DNA of 64,000 nucleotides, from positions 2,016,001 through 2,080,000 of the forward strand of contig OY759599.1 of the NCBI GenBank assembly GCA_963662465.1, in the 5' to 3' direction. The notes below the pieces were generated by a model. The model ran no database searches. It saw only the letters and a list, made by a program, of their open reading frames with translations, and was not told where the DNA came from. The translations under genes were made by a program, and so were the position numbers. The stretch is from Desulfatiglandales bacterium (GTDB taxonomy: Bacteria > Desulfobacterota > DSM-4660 > Desulfatiglandales > Desulfatiglandaceae). The stretch's first letter is position 1. Every line of letters begins with the position of its first letter. Positions 60,757 to 64,000 of this stretch are shown here, in pieces.

Positions 60757-61287
60757 ATGGAGGATCAAAAAATGAAAATTGGAAGTGTTGTTTTTGTACT
60801 GTTATTTCTGTTTGCCTGCGTGCCGGCCAAGACGTGGATCAGCACCCCTTCCACACAGCAGGTGCAAAATGTCGATTTCACTGCCGACCTGACCCCCCTT
60901 AAGAGGGATAAAAATCATTTTGTGTCATTCCGTCTTTTCATTGACAATAAAACGGACCGGAATTTAGAGATTGACTGGAATAAAACACAGTATCTCTACA
61001 ATGGAAAGGGGTCCGGACCGATGGTATTTCCGGGCATCGATCCCGCGACCATTAAAAAATCCATTCCACCGGATACCATCCCGGCGGGCGGCGCCTTCAG
61101 CAAGGAAATCTTCCCCCTCAAATTAGTGGCCTTTGCGCCCATGCGGGAGGAGATCCTCGATGGAGAAGGTCGGGGGCTCTATCCGGGGCCGCTTCCGGAA
61201 GGAAAAAACAGCGTCGAACTGGTGATCCATAAGGGCGGGAGTCTAATAAGGCAGATCATTACCGTAGATATCAAACAGGAGCAGTAA
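60757..61287 (+). CDS. Hypothetical lipoprotein
   Basis: MKIG-hydrophobic-LFA|C lipobox. Confidence 0.7.
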   Translation: MEDQKMKIGSVVFVLLFLFACVPAKTWISTPSTQQVQNVDFTADLTPLKRDKNHFVSFRLFIDNKTDRNLEIDWNKTQYLYNGKGSGPMVFPGIDPATIKKSIPPDTIPAGGAFSKEIFPLKLVAFAPMREEILDGEGRGLYPGPLPEGKNSVELVIHKGGSLIRQIITVDIKQEQ

Positions 61288-61294
61288 ACAAGTA

Positions 61295-61408
61295 AAGGAT
61301 GCGCTGACAAGGCTAAAGGGTATCAGCGAAGCCTATATCTTCGGAGCACTGGACTACAACATGAGGGTATGGCAGATGGCCCCGGAACGATTAACCTCTC
61401 GGATTTAT
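61295..61408 (+). pseudogene. Short internal fragment of an RND (AcrB-like) efflux gene
   Basis: Translates KDALTRLKGISEAYIFGALDYNMRVWQMAPERLTSRIY, resembling the AcrB-family segment D.L.R..GV..V..FG..YAMRIWLDP..L. Confidence 0.6.
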
Positions 61409-61414
61409 CCGGCA

Positions 61415-61444
61415 TTGACACTTAGGTTCCGGCTCTGCTAAAAT
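61415..61444 (+). promoter_or_regulatory. Candidate sigma70 promoter of the RdgC-like pair
   Basis: TTGACA-18 nt-TAAAAT with an extended -10 TG. Confidence 0.6.
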
Positions 61445-61487
61445 ATGAAATTCTCAAAAAAATGGAAAGAAAAGAGAAAGGAAACAA

Positions 61488-62111
61488 ATGGGTTTCATAA
61501 CCGGATCGGGAAGCTTTACCAGATACCAGGTAAAGGGCAAGCCCGCGGAAAATTTTCTGGAAGGTCTGGCTGACAAAATTGGCCGTTACGCTTTCAAAAA
61601 TCTGACGGATATTTCCACGGAAGAACGGTCCGCGGGATGGGTTAATATCATGGATATGTTCGATAACCGGTTTTCGGAACTTGAATTCCTTAAAGAGCCC
61701 TACATCGCCATGTCCCTTCGCGTAGATGAAAGAAAAACTCCCGCAACAGCTATCAAAAAGTACTGCCTGGAAGCCGAAGAAAAGATCAAGGCAGCCGAGA
61801 ATCTGGACTTTTTGCATAAAAAGCGGCGTGCGGACATCAAGGAAGGCGTGAGGCTTCGTCTCCTTAAAAGGGCAATTCCCAGTTCTAAGGCTCACGACAT
61901 GATCTGGAACTACAACACCGGCGACGTTATTTTCGCCTCTACCAATACCAAGCTCTGCGACGAATTTCAGGAACGTTTTCTTCAAACCTTTGATTTCCAT
62001 CTTCTGGCCATGTGCCCTTACACCCTCGGCGGCAAATTCCTCGAAAAAAAAGGGGATTCCCCCGAGTTCATTGACGGCCTGAGCCCTACGAATTTATGGG
62101 AGGAACCCTAA
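61488..62111 (+). CDS. RdgC-like protein, first gene
   Basis: GS.SFTRY.V, ERSAGWV, LRVDERKTP and LL.RAIP pattern resembling the N-terminal part of RdgC. Confidence 0.7.
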   Translation: MGFITGSGSFTRYQVKGKPAENFLEGLADKIGRYAFKNLTDISTEERSAGWVNIMDMFDNRFSELEFLKEPYIAMSLRVDERKTPATAIKKYCLEAEEKIKAAENLDFLHKKRRADIKEGVRLRLLKRAIPSSKAHDMIWNYNTGDVIFASTNTKLCDEFQERFLQTFDFHLLAMCPYTLGGKFLEKKGDSPEFIDGLSPTNLWEEP

Positions 62112-62114
62112 AAC

Positions 62115-62639
62115 ATGCAACTGCTTGAAAAAGTAAAAAAAACTGAATTTCTGGGAAGGGAATTCCTGGCTTGGCTGTGGTTCAGAACGGAAACGGACAG
62201 GGGAAATTTCAAACTGGGCGATAAAAATGTTGAAATCTGGTTTGATGGAAAAATCACCCTTCAAGGGGAAAATGAAAAAGGCCTTGAAATCATCACCTGC
62301 AGCGGCGAAAGCCAGAACATGAAAGAAGCGCGTTTCGCTCTGGCAAAAAACAAGGAGATTGTTCAAGCCACTCTCGTACTCAACATCGGCGACAACCAGT
62401 GGTCCTTTGTTCTGGACTCCCTCTGGATGAATTTCAAAACCTTCAAGGCGCCAAAGGTCGTTCAGGACAAAGAAGACGACGCGGACGGAATCTTTTATGA
62501 AAAAATGTTCCTCATTGAAGAGGCGGTGTCCGCCATGGATGGCATTTACGCCGAGTTCATGGAACAGCGTATCTCACCGGAATGGCTGACGGAAGAAACC
62601 CCCGCTCTTGTCCAATGGATCAGCGAAGGCAAAAAATAG
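62115..62639 (+). CDS. RdgC-like protein, second gene
   Basis: FLGREFLAWLWF and EAR.AL..K motifs resembling the C-terminal part of RdgC-like proteins; starts 3 nt after the first gene. Confidence 0.6.
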   Translation: MQLLEKVKKTEFLGREFLAWLWFRTETDRGNFKLGDKNVEIWFDGKITLQGENEKGLEIITCSGESQNMKEARFALAKNKEIVQATLVLNIGDNQWSFVLDSLWMNFKTFKAPKVVQDKEDDADGIFYEKMFLIEEAVSAMDGIYAEFMEQRISPEWLTEETPALVQWISEGKK

Positions 62640-62647
62640 CGTATGTT

Positions 62648-62726
62648 GTAACCGTTCACAGGGTGCAGTTGTCAGGGTGCGGAAAAACCAGTTTCGAATT
62701 TTATCCTGCCCCCTATGAACAGTTAC
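62648..62726. repeat. Dispersed intergenic repeat, copy 2
   Basis: GTAACCGTTCA ... TGAACAGTTAC terminal inverted repeats (10/11); interior matches the reverse complement of 7449-7549. Confidence 0.75.
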
Positions 62727-62749
62727 GTATTTTTTTATGCCGGCAAAAA

Positions 62750-64000
62750 CTACTTCCAGTAATAAAGAGCTGAGCCCCCGAGTTCCTGTTCAATTTCAAG
62801 GAGTCGGTTGTACTTTGCCATCCGTTCGCTTCGACTGGCTGACCCGGTCTTGAGGTGCCCCCCATCCATGGCCACGGCAAAATCCGCCAGAAAAGCGTCT
62901 TCCGTTTCTCCCGAACGGTGGCTCAAAAAATAACGCCACCCCGCATCCCGGCACATGCGAACCGCTTCAATGGATTCGGTTACGGTTCCGATCTGATTCA
63001 GCTTAATAAGGGCGGCGTTGGCCGCCCCCTCTTTTATGCCGCGGGTAATGTACCGGGTGTTGGTGACAAAAAGGTCATCCCCCACCACTTCGATTTTCTC
63101 TCCCAGTTTCTCAGTTAACCGCGTAAATCCCTTCCAGTCCCTCTCGGCCAGGGGATCCTCCCACAAAACAATGGGATATTTCGCAACCCATTCCTCGCAA
63201 AGCGCAATCATTTGATCGCTTTTCATTTCACCGGCCCCGGACCATTTCAAATCATAGGGGCCCTCCTGCCCCAGGGAAAAAGAGCTGGCGGCGCTGTCAA
63301 TGGCAATGGCGATATCGACCCCCGGTTTGTATCCGGCCTTTAAAATGGCTTCGATGATAATTTCCATGGCCGCTTCATTGCTGTCGAGATTGGGCGCATA
63401 GCCCCCCTCGTCGCCCACACTGGTGGCCAGACCGCGGGATTTGAGGATTTTCTTCAACACGTGGAAGGTTTCCGCCACATACCGAAGACCCTCCCGGAAG
63501 GTCGGCGCCCCCAGGGGAACCGCCATGAACTCCTGAAAATCAACGCTGTTGTCCGCATGTTCACCACCGTTTAAGATGTTCATGCAGGGCACGGGCAACC
63601 GCCGTGCGCCGGCGCCCCCCAGATACCGGTATAGCGGAATCCCCACTGAAGCCGCCGCCGCCCGGGCAACCGCCATGGAAACACCCAGGATAGCATTGGC
63701 GCCCAGATTCGATTTGTTTTCCGTACCGTCCAAGTCGATCATGCACCTGTCGATCAGTGCCTGTTGAACCGCATTCATGCCCATCAGGGCCCGGCTGATT
63801 TTTTCATTGACATTGGCCACGGCCCGCAAAACACCTTTTCCACCGTAGCGTTTCGGATCATTGTCACGCAGCTCAACGGCCTCATTTTCGCCGGTGCTGG
63901 CGCCTGAAGGGACGGACGCCGCTGCCCGGGTGCCATCGCTCAACCCCACCACCACACGCACCGTGGGATTGCCGCGGGAATCAAGAATCTCCATAGCCTC
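62750..64000 (-). CDS. eno: Enolase, 5'-partial
   Basis: [34 protein letters not shown] and SHRSGET motifs; frame runs off the window end. Confidence 0.97.
   Translation of the reverse strand, partial: EAMEILDSRGNPTVRVVVGLSDGTRAAASVPSGASTGENEAVELRDNDPKRYGGKGVLRAVANVNEKISRALMGMNAVQQALIDRCMIDLDGTENKSNLGANAILGVSMAVARAAAASVGIPLYRYLGGAGARRLPVPCMNILNGGEHADNSVDFQEFMAVPLGAPTFREGLRYVAETFHVLKKILKSRGLATSVGDEGGYAPNLDSNEAAMEIIIEAILKAGYKPGVDIAIAIDSAASSFSLGQEGPYDLKWSGAGEMKSDQMIALCEEWVAKYPIVLWEDPLAERDWKGFTRLTEKLGEKIEVVGDDLFVTNTRYITRGIKEGAANAALIKLNQIGTVTESIEAVRMCRDAGWRYFLSHRSGETEDAFLADFAVAMDGGHLKTGSASRSERMAKYNRLLEIEQELGGSALYYWK

Overview
Chromosomal window from a probable sulfate-reducing Desulfobacterota bacterium (inferred from dsrMKJOP, an Mrp-type nuo cluster and an RdgC-like gene pair). 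Core genes: a DUF151/transglutaminase/ABC operon, plsB-cca, an mltD-like gene, an aroK-aroC-pheA-(PAS kinase)-aroD-aroE-aroA operon, a complex I-like nuo cluster with no nuoEFG, dsrMKJOP, an AsmA-like gene and eno. Three IS elements are present: a DUF4338-fused ISAs1 with a 10-bp target duplication and an A_AAA_AAG frameshift site, an IS200-type element with a broken HUH motif, and an ISL3 with an 8-bp duplication and two right ends. Two things the ORF track misses stand out. (1) A 21-aa leader peptide, MFTNRSWQGFYYYYFGGPSMV, with a terminator/antiterminator ahead of the aro operon: a likely ribosome-mediated attenuator reading Tyr, Phe and possibly Trp. (2) An integrase-less integron cassette array (two good and two decayed attC sites plus an attI-like site) inside a ~12 kb accessory block between nuoD and nuoH. 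The array carries a 4.9-kb helicase-nuclease cassette and yefM-yoeB, and lies next to a BsuBI/PstI-type RM system and orphan antitoxins. No rRNA, tRNA or CRISPR array was recognised. All family assignments come from reading motifs by eye, not from database searches.
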